From positions 806,001 to 870,000 of the forward strand of contig OZ025800.1 in the NCBI GenBank assembly GCA_964019425.1: a DNA stretch of 64,000 nt. Direction: 5' to 3'. This DNA comes from Flectonema sp. DT1601. Lineage: Eukaryota. A program made the position numbers and the translations under genes. The first letter of the stretch is position 1; each line of letters starts with the position of its first letter. This document shows positions 47,990 through 58,109 of this stretch, piece after piece. Below the pieces are notes generated by a model, which was not told where the DNA came from, did not search any database, and saw nothing but the letters and a program-made list of their open reading frames with translations.

Positions 47990-49129
47990 TCATTTGGTGT
48001 CACCTTTCCCTCCACACAGAGTCCTCCTCAGTAGCATAAAAAAATTCGATTCTTTTTTTTTTTCATCTGGTTTGTCTTTTTCTTTTTTTTGAGCTGGAGC
48101 AGGCTCATCATACACCAGATCGCTTGACCCGATAGTTTGTAACGTCCTCGGTGAGACGCTGCTAATTGTAAGCTGACGTTGACACTCAGCAGGTAATTGT
48201 AATTCAGATGTATCAACTGTCAGCTTATTACAATTCTTCAAAAATAAATCACCAATGTGCTTAGCCCCTCGTAGTGGCCTCACGTCAATCGATGTTAAAC
48301 TGTCACACCCATAAAGAAAATTACAACCTACATGTGTAACCTCATCAAACACAGAGATATCAAGCGACACTAAGGATGTGCAATATGCTAGGAAATGTGC
48401 TCCAATACTACTGACACTAGTAAGAGGAGATAAATTAATTTGTTTTATACCTGAACACCTAGTCATAAAAGATGCCTTAATTGAGGATAACCCGCCCAAC
48501 GGAGTTAAGTCAACATTCCTAAGAGAACTACAAGAAAATAAGAAACTTTCTCCTATAGTTGTAACCTGTGTGAACGCTGACAGGTCAATAGATGAGAGGG
48601 ATGCACAGTAACTTAAAAAGCAACTACCAATGGATTCGATGTTGGTAAATCCTGATAAATCTATGTGTGTTAATCCACTACTGGCTGATAGGAAATCATC
48701 ATCGATAGAGGTTGCGTTTGAACAATTGACGAACACCACGCGTTTTACAGTTTTAGGTAGTAAGTTGATACCAGTCTCAAGACGTCCAGCTGTTATCATT
48801 GAAGAAGCATCAACGTAACAAATTAATCTCGAATTGTGTCCAAATAGGATCTCAATTTCTTTTCGTGTCCTACTATTCAACAAGTCTATTTTCGTATAAA
48901 CATTTCTCTTGGCAATGACTTCGATTTCTGCTCCTTCAGCAAGTGAATGAGATGATATTTTAGTCCCTCTTTGTAAGACTTTTCCAGCGAATGCAATGTC
49001 AACCTTTTCAGGTTCAATCAACCACTCATCTACAAGTGAATTTATCGCATCGTCAACGAGGGTGTTGGGATGCGCTCTAAATATAAAACTACCGAAATCA
49101 GTGTCTGGAAACACTATCTTGAGATCCAT
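47990..49129 (-). CDS. Ubiquitin-like domain + BspA-like leucine-rich repeat protein
   Basis: IAFAGKVL..SLAEGAEIEV (Ubl) followed by about seven 25-aa repeats of type L.SIDLS.F..V..IG..FL..C. ATG at 49129 follows a poly-U CAG at 49140-49142. Confidence 0.85.
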   Translation of the reverse strand: MDLKIVFPDTDFGSFIFRAHPNTLVDDAINSLVDEWLIEPEKVDIAFAGKVLQRGTKISSHSLAEGAEIEVIAKRNVYTKIDLLNSRTRKEIEILFGHNSRLICYVDASSMITAGRLETGINLLPKTVKRVVFVNCSNATSIDDDFLSASSGLTHIDLSGFTNIESIGSCFLSYCASLSSIDLSAFTQVTTIGESFLFSCSSLRNVDLTPLGGLSSIKASFMTRCSGIKQINLSPLTSVSSIGAHFLAYCTSLVSLDISVFDEVTHVGCNFLYGCDSLTSIDVRPLRGAKHIGDLFLKNCNKLTVDTSELQLPAECQRQLTISSVSPRTLQTIGSSDLVYDEPAPAQKKEKDKPDEKKKESNFFMLLRRTLCGGKGDTK

Positions 49130-49489
49130 GTGGTGGACCCTGTTTAAGCAAAAAAAAAGTAAAAAAGTGTTAATCTGGTTCATCTAAGAAGAAGAAGAAT
49201 ATATAAAAATAACCATCCAATCTATAAAATAAAAAGACAAATATTAATTGAAAAAATTACCAACACAGTAATTGATTCCGAGGTAAGTTCGGAAACCAAA
49301 GTCACTTCCCTTTGCTGCGTAGTATGAGTACGTAAGTACGCTCTTTACTGTACGCAAGGAGCATCAGTCTCAAGTTTTTTTTTTTTAATTCGTAATAATA
49401 AACAACACACGAGTACCCAGATAGTGTAGTGTAAATAAACCAATGAAAGTAAATAAAAAAAATAGAAAAAACGAGTTCAATTAGCTTAG

Positions 49490-52400
49490 TTAAATATCGG
49501 GATCACTAATCGTCTGTACCGGACTGTCTGTTGATTTAACAACGCTTCCTAACCACTCTCCACATTTACTTGAATTAGATGTATCTTTTATTTGAAGTTG
49601 TTGTTGTTCGACGAGTAGGTCATCTCCAGAAAGTGAAGATTCCACTTCGAGTAGTTCTCTGTCGACATCTCTTCGAACTTTTCTCAATCGAGTGAGTTCA
49701 TTCTCCATTACAGATAACTCGTTTCTGAATCCGTTATCTGCAGAACTTGATTGAGACCAACCACTAGAAGATGCTGATACTAAAGCAGCGCTTCTGATAA
49801 CTAGCTTACGATGAGCCACTACCCGACTACCACATGAGGTACAAATAACAGCGATTGCCGCGGTAATCACAGTCGGTGATAATTTACTCGGAGGTGTTCT
49901 GGTTGGGAGGGATTCTCGTGAATGGACTTCAAAAGATTTCAAAAACGAAACTAAATTTCTAAAAAACAAAACTTCATCGAAATTTGCCGGCTCACCAAAC
50001 CACTCAGAAACTTGCTGCTGACGTTGTTGAAGTTCATTGAGTAGGATTTCAATTGAAGCGACGTCTCTAGTAGCAGATTCTAAAATTAGTGTGAATTTTG
50101 ATGAAAAAAGAGCATCACAATCATCGTCATTCAACTGAGAGGATATGAGTCGAACACCAGCAATCATTTCAGCATGGTGTGATAGGTAGTCAGTTACTCC
50201 ATGAGAACATCCATACTCAAGTAAAGGAATTAGTTCTTTAGGTGTGTTCAGTAATTCAGGAGCAGAAGTCTTACAATGAGCAACAAGAAGATCAAATAAC
50301 GTCAGCATTCCATTACTTGACTTTACAGAAGTTAAAGTATCTGAGAGGTTTCCAATACGAAATCCACTTGCAGATCCATGAAAGGAACTCTTATTTAATA
50401 CGTTACCCATTGCTAAGATAGTCATCAGTATTGATTCTAATCCAATGTGTGTAAGAGCAGCATTGTATGCAGAATTTGATTCTTGGACAGATCTCTTCAG
50501 ATCAGATACAAGTTGTTTGTGTTTTGATGAGTACATCCAACATTGTAGTTTATCTCTGAGGTTTTTTATTTTTATTAACTTCCAACAGAACTGTTCTATT
50601 TCTGCATACGATGTAATATCACTTTCAGGAACAGTCGCTAGTTTCTTCTGCTCATCATCGTTGGGTAAAACTGAAAACAATCGATGAAGACCATCATTGT
50701 CTAACGTGTCATCATCATATTCAATTATCGCCTCAAGAATCTGATTAAAATTCATCTTCAAAACAGACATCACAATTCCCAAAGCCTGTTGTCTGTTTGC
50801 GTCAAGTATCTTCTTCTTTTCTGGCATCTTTGTTGATCCGTCGGACTTCTTCCTTCCAGTCTTCGCTTCAATCCGAAATGACTCTGTCAATAATTCAGTT
50901 GTAGAATGATTTAAGACTTCGATACTCTTCCCCTTACCCCACAAGCTGTTGGCAACTTGTGCGGCTTTGATTTTGTCCCAGGCGATAGTCCGCATCTTGG
51001 GTCCTTTTGGACCTTTTGCCATTCCCATAGGAGGAGGCGGAGGTGGGATTTTACCACCAGGAGGTGGGGGTGGTGGTGGCCCACCTCCACCAGGTGGCGG
51101 GGGAACTGCTCCCTTACCACCCGGTGGTGGAGGTGGAGGAGGTGCTGTTGGAACCCCAGGGGGAGGTGGTGCCTTAAGAGCTTTACTTTGAGGTGGCAGC
51201 GGTGGTGTTGCTATTTTTGCAACTCCAGTTGGTGGCGGCGGAGCGACCAGGTGAGGAGCCGAAACAACAGGTGGCGGCGGTGCAACCAGATGAGGAGCTG
51301 GAACAACAGGCGGTGGTGGTGGCCTTACCACCGCTGAAGCCACAGCAGGTATTTGACCAGACGACACAGGTGGTGGCAGTGCGACAGATGCAATTGGAGG
51401 AGGAGCTGGAACAACAGGGATAGGCATTTCAGATTTCTGCGACATAACAGGTTCCGTGAGTGATTCCGAGGGTGACATCCAACAAGCAAGGGAAGGACCA
51501 TTTTGCATATCATTTTGAACAGATCCTTCCTTTGAACGACTCGTGTAGAATGACAATAATAAATTACTCTGTCTCATAGCTTCTACAACATCAGGCTGTT
51601 GATCAGCTTTATTATTAAACATTTCTCGTAGCATCTGTTGTTGTGATGTGAGGGCTGAAACGATATCTTCACATCCTTCGTTAGGAACTTCTTTTAATCT
51701 TTCAAATGCTGTTTGTTGTCTTTGAACCATTACAAGAAGTTCTTTACTACTTCCTTCACTATCTGCTATTGATTCTTCCTTGTCGGGTACCATATGTAGT
51801 AGTTCTCGTTGTTGACTTGCAATGATACATAACAACTCACTGTGAGGTAGATCTTCTATTTGTTTATTATCAATACTCGGAACATGTCGGCGGAGGACAC
51901 CTCGTTGGTCATCAATTATAGTAACCAGTTCCATTCTGGAAAGTGTTCCAAGTTCGTCATCTTGTCGATCAGTTTGATGAAAAGCTTCAAAAGTAGTTGA
52001 GTGAGGAAGGGTTTCAATTTCCTGTCGGTTCTTTTTTATATTAATCAGATCTTCCCGAGATAGTTTTGTAAGTTTATCGACATTCCCTCTTGTTGATGAA
52101 TGTGATTGTTGCTGACCAGCAATCAAACACAACAACTCTTTGTGAGAAAGATCTGCAACATCATTACCCTGTTGAGTTCTGATTATGGAAAGTAGTTCTT
52201 CTTGTGAGAGTTCCATCAAACCCTCACTCGTACCAGGTGATGAATGTGATTGTTGCTGACCAGCAATCAAACATAACAACTCTTTGTGAGAAAGGTTTGT
52301 TATATTCTTGTTATTAATGCTTAGTGTACTTCCTCGTTGATTATTTATGATGTTAAGTAGTTCTTCTTGGGAAAGGTTTGTGAGATCCTTCTCACTCTCT

Positions 52401-54352
52401 GTTGGTGTTGGTTGAATAGTTGGTAACTGTTGCCGTTGATTATTAATTATTGCAATCAGATCATTTTGAGAAAGATTAGTGAGTTCGATATCTTCATTGA
52501 TCGTATTCGGTAGTTCGTAATTAAGTGACGTATAATTACCCCGTTGAGTCTTGATTATGGAAACTAATTCTTCCTGCGAGAGTTCTATCAAACCCTCACT
52601 CGTAACTTTAGTTGATGAATGTGATTGTTGCTGACCAGCAATCAAACACAACAACTCTTTGTGAGAAAGATCTGCAACATCATTACCCTGTTGAGTTCTG
52701 ATTATGGAAAGTAGTTCTTCTTGTGAGAGTTCCATCAAACCCTCACTCGTACCAGGTGATGAATGTGATTGTTGCTGACCAGCAATCAAACACAACAACT
52801 CTTTGTGAGAAAGGTTTGTTATATTCTTGTTACTAATGCTTAGTGTACTTCCTCGTTGATTATTTATGATGTTAAGTAGTTCTTCTTGGGAAAGGTTTGT
52901 GAGATCCTTCTCACTCTCTGTTGGTGTTGGTTGAATAGTTGGTAACTGTTGCCGTTGATTATTAATTATTGCAATCAGATCATTTTGAGAAAGATTAGTG
53001 AGTTCAGTTCCCGCGCTGAAATTGTCGTGTTGAGACAACGTACTCTGAGTAGGATCACAATCTGTTGTTCTTCCACACAACTGTCTTAAGGTGGCTGTTA
53101 TAATATTAATCTCTTCACTTGTTAAGTCGAGTGCAGTACTTTCACTGTCGGTGTTTACTTTGAGTGGATTCTCTTTATTAACGACATCTGATAATACTTT
53201 TATAAGTTGTTGACGTTCTAAAGTATCAAATGTTGTGGAGGAGTCTGCGGTGATCTTATTTTGCTTTGCGAAGGCGAGCAGGGATGTAATTTGTTCTCGT
53301 GTCAGACTATTAGAAATATCATCTGCTGATGAATGTGGACGATCTAAACAATTTAATAATATTAATAAATCTTCACGAGTCACGCAGGTACTAGACTCCG
53401 ACTCAAGTGGTTCATTCTGAAGAGGTTGTGTCTGAAGTGTAGATGATTTGACTCTCGCAAGTAACGCAAATAACTCATCGCCTGTCAAAGTGTCGGGAGA
53501 TGTGTCGACATTTAAGTTTTCGCCATCAGCTGTAAACTCATTCTTGAGTGATAAATCTACTTGTTGGGGAACACTTCGAGCTTTCCTGGTAACAATTCCT
53601 CCTCCCTGACATTTCTGTGAAACAGTCGCAGTAGTTATGTTTGCTGAATTAATTATTTGATGACTTTTCTCGTACTGGTCTGGACAGCAGCTGAGGATTT
53701 CAGAAGGCGACAACAACTCACGTTGAGATGTATTTGATATTACAGAGCTGCATGTTGTTGTTGATTGTTCATCATCAGTAGCAAAGTGGACGTTAGATAT
53801 TACAACTTCAGGATTGTGACCACTAGTACTTGACCCAACTGATGATTGGATATTCTCAATGGAATCCAAAATGTTGAATGTCGGTGCTGTAAATCGTTTT
53901 GGAATTCCAGACTTCTTACGACCAGTTCTCCTTCGGGAAGGGAGGCATGAAAAATCTCCAAAACACGTTTTCTGCGGTTTTTCAATGGAATAACTACCGA
54001 TTCGAGTCACCACAGGACGCGATATCTTCTGCAACTGCGGCTCTGTAAAGTCTCGCAGTGCATCAGATAGCGCACTTGTCAATGTTGTCGATTGTCTACT
54101 CATTGCTTCAATCAAAGAACCCTTTCTGCTATTTCTTTTAAAAGTATGAATTTGTTCTCCATTAATAACAATAACTCCACTGTGTCGCTTCTCAATTGTG
54201 TTACCATTCTGAGTATTGTAAACTTTGTTTGCTTCCATTTCAAGAGAAGAATATATCGTTCGAATACCTCCATTGCCAGTTGTTAATATCATTGGACTGC
54301 TCCAACACAGTCGATCAAACTGACGTTTATCTAACTTAAAAGATCGATCCAT
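49490..54352 (-). CDS. Formin (FH1 + FH2) with repetitive N-terminal region, 1620 aa
   Basis: Polyproline FH1 at about 51020-51420; FH2 motifs MRTIAWDKI, LDANRQQALGI, ILAMGNVLN, ASGFRI. Confidence 0.93.
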   Translation of the reverse strand: MDRSFKLDKRQFDRLCWSSPMILTTGNGGIRTIYSSLEMEANKVYNTQNGNTIEKRHSGVIVINGEQIHTFKRNSRKGSLIEAMSRQSTTLTSALSDALRDFTEPQLQKISRPVVTRIGSYSIEKPQKTCFGDFSCLPSRRRTGRKKSGIPKRFTAPTFNILDSIENIQSSVGSSTSGHNPEVVISNVHFATDDEQSTTTCSSVISNTSQRELLSPSEILSCCPDQYEKSHQIINSANITTATVSQKCQGGGIVTRKARSVPQQVDLSLKNEFTADGENLNVDTSPDTLTGDELFALLARVKSSTLQTQPLQNEPLESESSTCVTREDLLILLNCLDRPHSSADDISNSLTREQITSLLAFAKQNKITADSSTTFDTLERQQLIKVLSDVVNKENPLKVNTDSESTALDLTSEEINIITATLRQLCGRTTDCDPTQSTLSQHDNFSAGTELTNLSQNDLIAIINNQRQQLPTIQPTPTESEKDLTNLSQEELLNIINNQRGSTLSISNKNITNLSHKELLCLIAGQQQSHSSPGTSEGLMELSQEELLSIIRTQQGNDVADLSHKELLCLIAGQQQSHSSTKVTSEGLIELSQEELVSIIKTQRGNYTSLNYELPNTINEDIELTNLSQNDLIAIINNQRQQLPTIQPTPTESEKDLTNLSQEELLNIINNQRGSTLSINNKNITNLSHKELLCLIAGQQQSHSSPGTSEGLMELSQEELLSIIRTQQGNDVADLSHKELLCLIAGQQQSHSSTRGNVDKLTKLSREDLINIKKNRQEIETLPHSTTFEAFHQTDRQDDELGTLSRMELVTIIDDQRGVLRRHVPSIDNKQIEDLPHSELLCIIASQQRELLHMVPDKEESIADSEGSSKELLVMVQRQQTAFERLKEVPNEGCEDIVSALTSQQQMLREMFNNKADQQPDVVEAMRQSNLLLSFYTSRSKEGSVQNDMQNGPSLACWMSPSESLTEPVMSQKSEMPIPVVPAPPPIASVALPPPVSSGQIPAVASAVVRPPPPPVVPAPHLVAPPPPVVSAPHLVAPPPPTGVAKIATPPLPPQSKALKAPPPPGVPTAPPPPPPPGGKGAVPPPPGGGGPPPPPPPGGKIPPPPPPMGMAKGPKGPKMRTIAWDKIKAAQVANSLWGKGKSIEVLNHSTTELLTESFRIEAKTGRKKSDGSTKMPEKKKILDANRQQALGIVMSVLKMNFNQILEAIIEYDDDTLDNDGLHRLFSVLPNDDEQKKLATVPESDITSYAEIEQFCWKLIKIKNLRDKLQCWMYSSKHKQLVSDLKRSVQESNSAYNAALTHIGLESILMTILAMGNVLNKSSFHGSASGFRIGNLSDTLTSVKSSNGMLTLFDLLVAHCKTSAPELLNTPKELIPLLEYGCSHGVTDYLSHHAEMIAGVRLISSQLNDDDCDALFSSKFTLILESATRDVASIEILLNELQQRQQQVSEWFGEPANFDEVLFFRNLVSFLKSFEVHSRESLPTRTPPSKLSPTVITAAIAVICTSCGSRVVAHRKLVIRSAALVSASSSGWSQSSSADNGFRNELSVMENELTRLRKVRRDVDRELLEVESSLSGDDLLVEQQQLQIKDTSNSSKCGEWLGSVVKSTDSPVQTISDPDI
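52092..53005. repeat. Near-identical 395-bp direct duplication inside the formin (52092-52486 and 52611-53005, offset 519 bp)
   Basis: Read directly; only a couple of substitutions seen (ttattaatgc/ttactaatgc, acataacaac/acacaacaac). Nested sub-repeat LSHKELLCLIAGQQQSHSS occurs four times. Confidence 0.95.
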
Positions 54353-54494
54353 TTGGAGGGAGGGGAGAAGACTGTTTGATTAGGTTCATACGAATATAAA
54401 TCTCTGTATTGTATCAGAGCTCAATAATAAAATTAAAAAAACTCATGACACAAGTGACTGATCGATCCATTTGGAGGGAAGGGAGGGGAAGACG
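54342..54494. repeat. About 30-bp direct repeat of the formin start region (54342-54373 and 54460-54494)
   Basis: gatcgatccatttggaggga occurs twice, each followed by a similar purine-rich stretch ending gaagac. Confidence 0.85.
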
Positions 54495-54643
54495 GCTTTC
54501 ATAAAGTAATTAAAATTAAAATCTAAACATTTATATTATCCAAAATTGAAATAACACAACAGAAGATGGTGTAAATGAACCCTAACTACGACACTCCTGA
54601 TAAGAAAGTGTGTCAATTCAAAATCAAAGAAAAAGAGGAACAA

Positions 54644-57600
54644 TCACTTCCCAGTATTACACAGTAATCCCGTGTGCATCATCTTTCTCGCAGCTTTTGC
54701 GATTGACTTGCCGTCTGATCCGCCTTCTGGTACCAGTAGATCACCCGATATTAAAGTAGTGCTTGCAGCTGGTGCATGTCGGGGTGGTACTTTCTGTACT
54801 GATGGAACTCGTTTAAGTGCAGCAGCACGCAAAACATTATTAAATGCGAGTGATGTCGTTTTTGGAAGAATTGGAGGGGCGGGTGTTGATGATGTTCTGG
54901 AATCACGAAGTTTAGCTGCAAGTGATTTTAAAAGACTTTGATCCTCTCCCATCAAATCTTCTATTCCTTCTGACTCTACTTTCGGAATTGATAACGACAA
55001 GTGAGGAGGAACATCTCTCAGAAATGATCTCAAAGATCCATGTAATCTCATAAATAAATTAGTAGCGTCTTCAAAACATCGATCAACTAACGTAGCTGTG
55101 GTGGTTGTTAATGTTTTAATTGCTTCTTCTCTATCTGCGAGTGAAATATGATTGCTGCCGAATATCGAGGATGACCTCCTCGACTTCTGAGTAGCTAACA
55201 AAGGACGAGATGCTACCTGAATCGCTTCAGATAATTCTTGTTGAAGTGAATGGTACCAAACAGGTGAACTTTTTCGGTCACCACAAATGCTGTCGACGAG
55301 GCACCAGACTTGTGAATCTTGAAGACTGGTGTCTGAGATTTGCTCTGGTTCAGGATCATCACCGTTGTGATCAATTACTTGCATGGCATCTTCATTCGTC
55401 TTCTCACATAGATGTTGAAGAAGTTGAATCTTCTTTTGTTGAAAAGATGTTCTTCTTTCTAATTTTCTTACTTTTATTTGAGCATCTTCCAATTTTCCGA
55501 CAAGTTTCTGTGCCATGGATCCTCCCTGAATCTTCGCATTCTTACCGAGTTCTTCGAGCAGATAGTCTCGTTGTTCTTTTAACTCATCACGTTCTAACAT
55601 TAGTTGTTGTAATTGTGTTGTTAAACCAGCGCATTGTTTGCGAAGGGATTCCTTTGCTTTGGTTACACGTTCTATTTTAGTATGTGTGTGTTTCATTATG
55701 GTATCCATCTTCTGTTTCTTATTCAAGACGGCTTCATTTCGTTCCGTAAGCTGATGGGTTAAGATAGCTACTTCTTTACGTAATCTGGTGCGTTCTGGAA
55801 TTGTCGATTTTAAGGCTGACTTTAGGTTGCTCACAGTCTGAAATAATTTTTGAATCGGTTCCTCACCAGTCTCCGATGCGAATATTGATTTTTGTCTTTG
55901 TCCGCTACCTTGTAAAGGAGTAACAGGGGATATCGATTGTTTCTTTATACGTGAAGAGGTACTTCTCCTGGCAGTCACCGACCGAACTGAAGAAGTGGAA
56001 GTAATCCTTCGCCTAAGCGGTGATGTTAATTTTGCTAATGTAGACCCGGGTGTGACTGGTTCTATTGGAGGCTCTTTATGAGGCTCAGCAAATGGGATAT
56101 ATTCTTCTTGTGGTTCTACATTTTCAAAGGCTGATTTGGAAATACTCTTACGAGTGTGATTGCTATTGAGTTTATTTATTGTGAAAGTATTTCTACGAGT
56201 ATCAGCACCAGAGAGTGGACTGTCACGACTCCCTTCTGAGTCAGTTACACCGTCTGATGCAAATGTCGGAGATCGAACTGTGCTACTCTGTCGTTTTTTA
56301 AGCGCCGATTTCATCGGAAATTTCGTAAACGATTTTAAATTTCTAAGTGACCAACCAACCCCTTGCAATGAATCGCCTCTGGAGTCAGCTATCGAATTCT
56401 TATTAGTTCTTCGAATTAATTCGGGTTCGGAATCTTTTGTAGATTTTCGACCACCAGGGACCTTTGACCCGTAATACATAACATCGTTTTGTATTTTAAA
56501 GTTCGAACCTTCTTCCGGTAAATTAAAAGTTGTTTTAAAACGCTGAGGTTGCATATGTTCAGGAAGTAACCCCGTTGAGGCTATCCTAATTATGTCTTCC
56601 TCTGTTACTTCTGGTTCTTTCTGTAGTAGTGTTGTAGAGATACTCTTTGGACCAAAGGACTCAAGTTTTCGACTTCCACCAGACATCTGGTGGTGTCTTT
56701 TTGCCGATAAGTTTATATTATTAACAACGACACTGGTGCAGGCCTCCGTAAGCTTCGACATTTCGTATTCAGGTGATTCCGACTGAGCAGCAAGAATTGG
56801 AAAAGGAAATGAAGATGACGGAGGAGTTATCTGTAGTGCAAGAGCTGTTTCTGCAGCTGTGGTGCACAACGGGACTTTAAAAACAGTCATCTTATCTGGT
56901 GCTCGCAGTGTTGGTCTTGCCGCATGCTGCCATGCATTTGGAGAATTCGGAGGATCACTTTTTTCAGGATGTGTTTTCCGATTTGTTTTTGAATCATCGA
57001 TTGGTTGCGTTGATTTCGAAATTTGCTTTTCTTTTATTTTCTTCACAACAGTCTTTTGATCATTCTGCATACTTGCCATAGTACTGGTGGAGATATTCAA
57101 GTTCTGCAACACGTTGTTGTTATGAACAGATGCCCTTTTTCTTAAAAAACTCGGAAGGCTCTCCACTGCCACCGACCGACTACTAATTTCTGTTTGCTGA
57201 CTAACACTACTGCAGTGTGACGCGTATGAATCGCTCAAAGTTAATCCCAATAATGCATCAAATGTTTCTTCTGCGGCTGCCATTGCCTCGTTGTAAGATG
57301 CTTCTAATCTAGAATAGTCAGCATCACAATCACCATAACTCATACCTTTAAAGATATTTAACTGATCTGTGTACGTACATTCGACAGATCTGAGAGTAAA
57401 GTCTCTGAATAAGTCACTGAGGATGATTTGATTTTTCTTTGATGAGATGGGATCCGGTGGTTTAATTATCTCAACAGGAGATTGATTAGATGAGTCAGAA
57501 CTATGATAAGATACACTCAGGGGTGTTGATGCCAATGAACCCAAAGCAGCTCGAATAGCATGACTGCTACTGTCTGATGATTGGTAGTCTTCCATTTCTC

Positions 57601-57949
57601 GATTTGGTAATTTTGTATTCTGAGCTACTTCAAAAGATTCAGCCACACCTCTGTAATACTTCTCTTCATCAGTTGATGTACAGTCAAGTAATCGTGGTTG
57701 TAGCATCACCTTTCTCATAAATCCACTACTCTCAGATGCTGAGGCGACTTTATCCCATTCACATATTGTTTGTAGACCAACAGTTCTCTTGCTGTTTCTC
57801 CTTTTGAGTTTTTTCTTTTTTATTTGTTTTCCTGAATGATGATTTCCTACTATAACTTTACATCCAGATCCAGAACTGTTCCCCCCATCATGTTGATGTA
57901 GTTTTTTATAAGTTATCATTACATCTTCAAATTGATTGCAAGTAGTCAT
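54644..57949 (-). CDS. Hypothetical large Ser/Thr-rich protein with C-terminal coiled coil, 1101 aa
   Basis: Uninterrupted 3.3-kb ORF with heptad region RLRKEVAILTHQL..LQHL; no family recognised. Confidence 0.85.
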   Translation of the reverse strand: MTTCNQFEDVMITYKKLHQHDGGNSSGSGCKVIVGNHHSGKQIKKKKLKRRNSKRTVGLQTICEWDKVASASESSGFMRKVMLQPRLLDCTSTDEEKYYRGVAESFEVAQNTKLPNREMEDYQSSDSSSHAIRAALGSLASTPLSVSYHSSDSSNQSPVEIIKPPDPISSKKNQIILSDLFRDFTLRSVECTYTDQLNIFKGMSYGDCDADYSRLEASYNEAMAAAEETFDALLGLTLSDSYASHCSSVSQQTEISSRSVAVESLPSFLRKRASVHNNNVLQNLNISTSTMASMQNDQKTVVKKIKEKQISKSTQPIDDSKTNRKTHPEKSDPPNSPNAWQHAARPTLRAPDKMTVFKVPLCTTAAETALALQITPPSSSFPFPILAAQSESPEYEMSKLTEACTSVVVNNINLSAKRHHQMSGGSRKLESFGPKSISTTLLQKEPEVTEEDIIRIASTGLLPEHMQPQRFKTTFNLPEEGSNFKIQNDVMYYGSKVPGGRKSTKDSEPELIRRTNKNSIADSRGDSLQGVGWSLRNLKSFTKFPMKSALKKRQSSTVRSPTFASDGVTDSEGSRDSPLSGADTRRNTFTINKLNSNHTRKSISKSAFENVEPQEEYIPFAEPHKEPPIEPVTPGSTLAKLTSPLRRRITSTSSVRSVTARRSTSSRIKKQSISPVTPLQGSGQRQKSIFASETGEEPIQKLFQTVSNLKSALKSTIPERTRLRKEVAILTHQLTERNEAVLNKKQKMDTIMKHTHTKIERVTKAKESLRKQCAGLTTQLQQLMLERDELKEQRDYLLEELGKNAKIQGGSMAQKLVGKLEDAQIKVRKLERRTSFQQKKIQLLQHLCEKTNEDAMQVIDHNGDDPEPEQISDTSLQDSQVWCLVDSICGDRKSSPVWYHSLQQELSEAIQVASRPLLATQKSRRSSSIFGSNHISLADREEAIKTLTTTTATLVDRCFEDATNLFMRLHGSLRSFLRDVPPHLSLSIPKVESEGIEDLMGEDQSLLKSLAAKLRDSRTSSTPAPPILPKTTSLAFNNVLRAAALKRVPSVQKVPPRHAPAASTTLISGDLLVPEGGSDGKSIAKAARKMMHTGLLCNTGK

Positions 57950-58109
57950 ATTTAGATCGCGTGTTCACATTTGTGGTCAGACTGTTGGAAGAAATTTCAA
58001 TAAAATAGAATCTGACTAAAGGTCAGGTTTGTGGTACAAGACAAGTGTCCTCATTCCCTCCGGGATTGACATTTGCAGTTTGTTTTTAGTTAATTTATAT
58101 TTTATTTAT

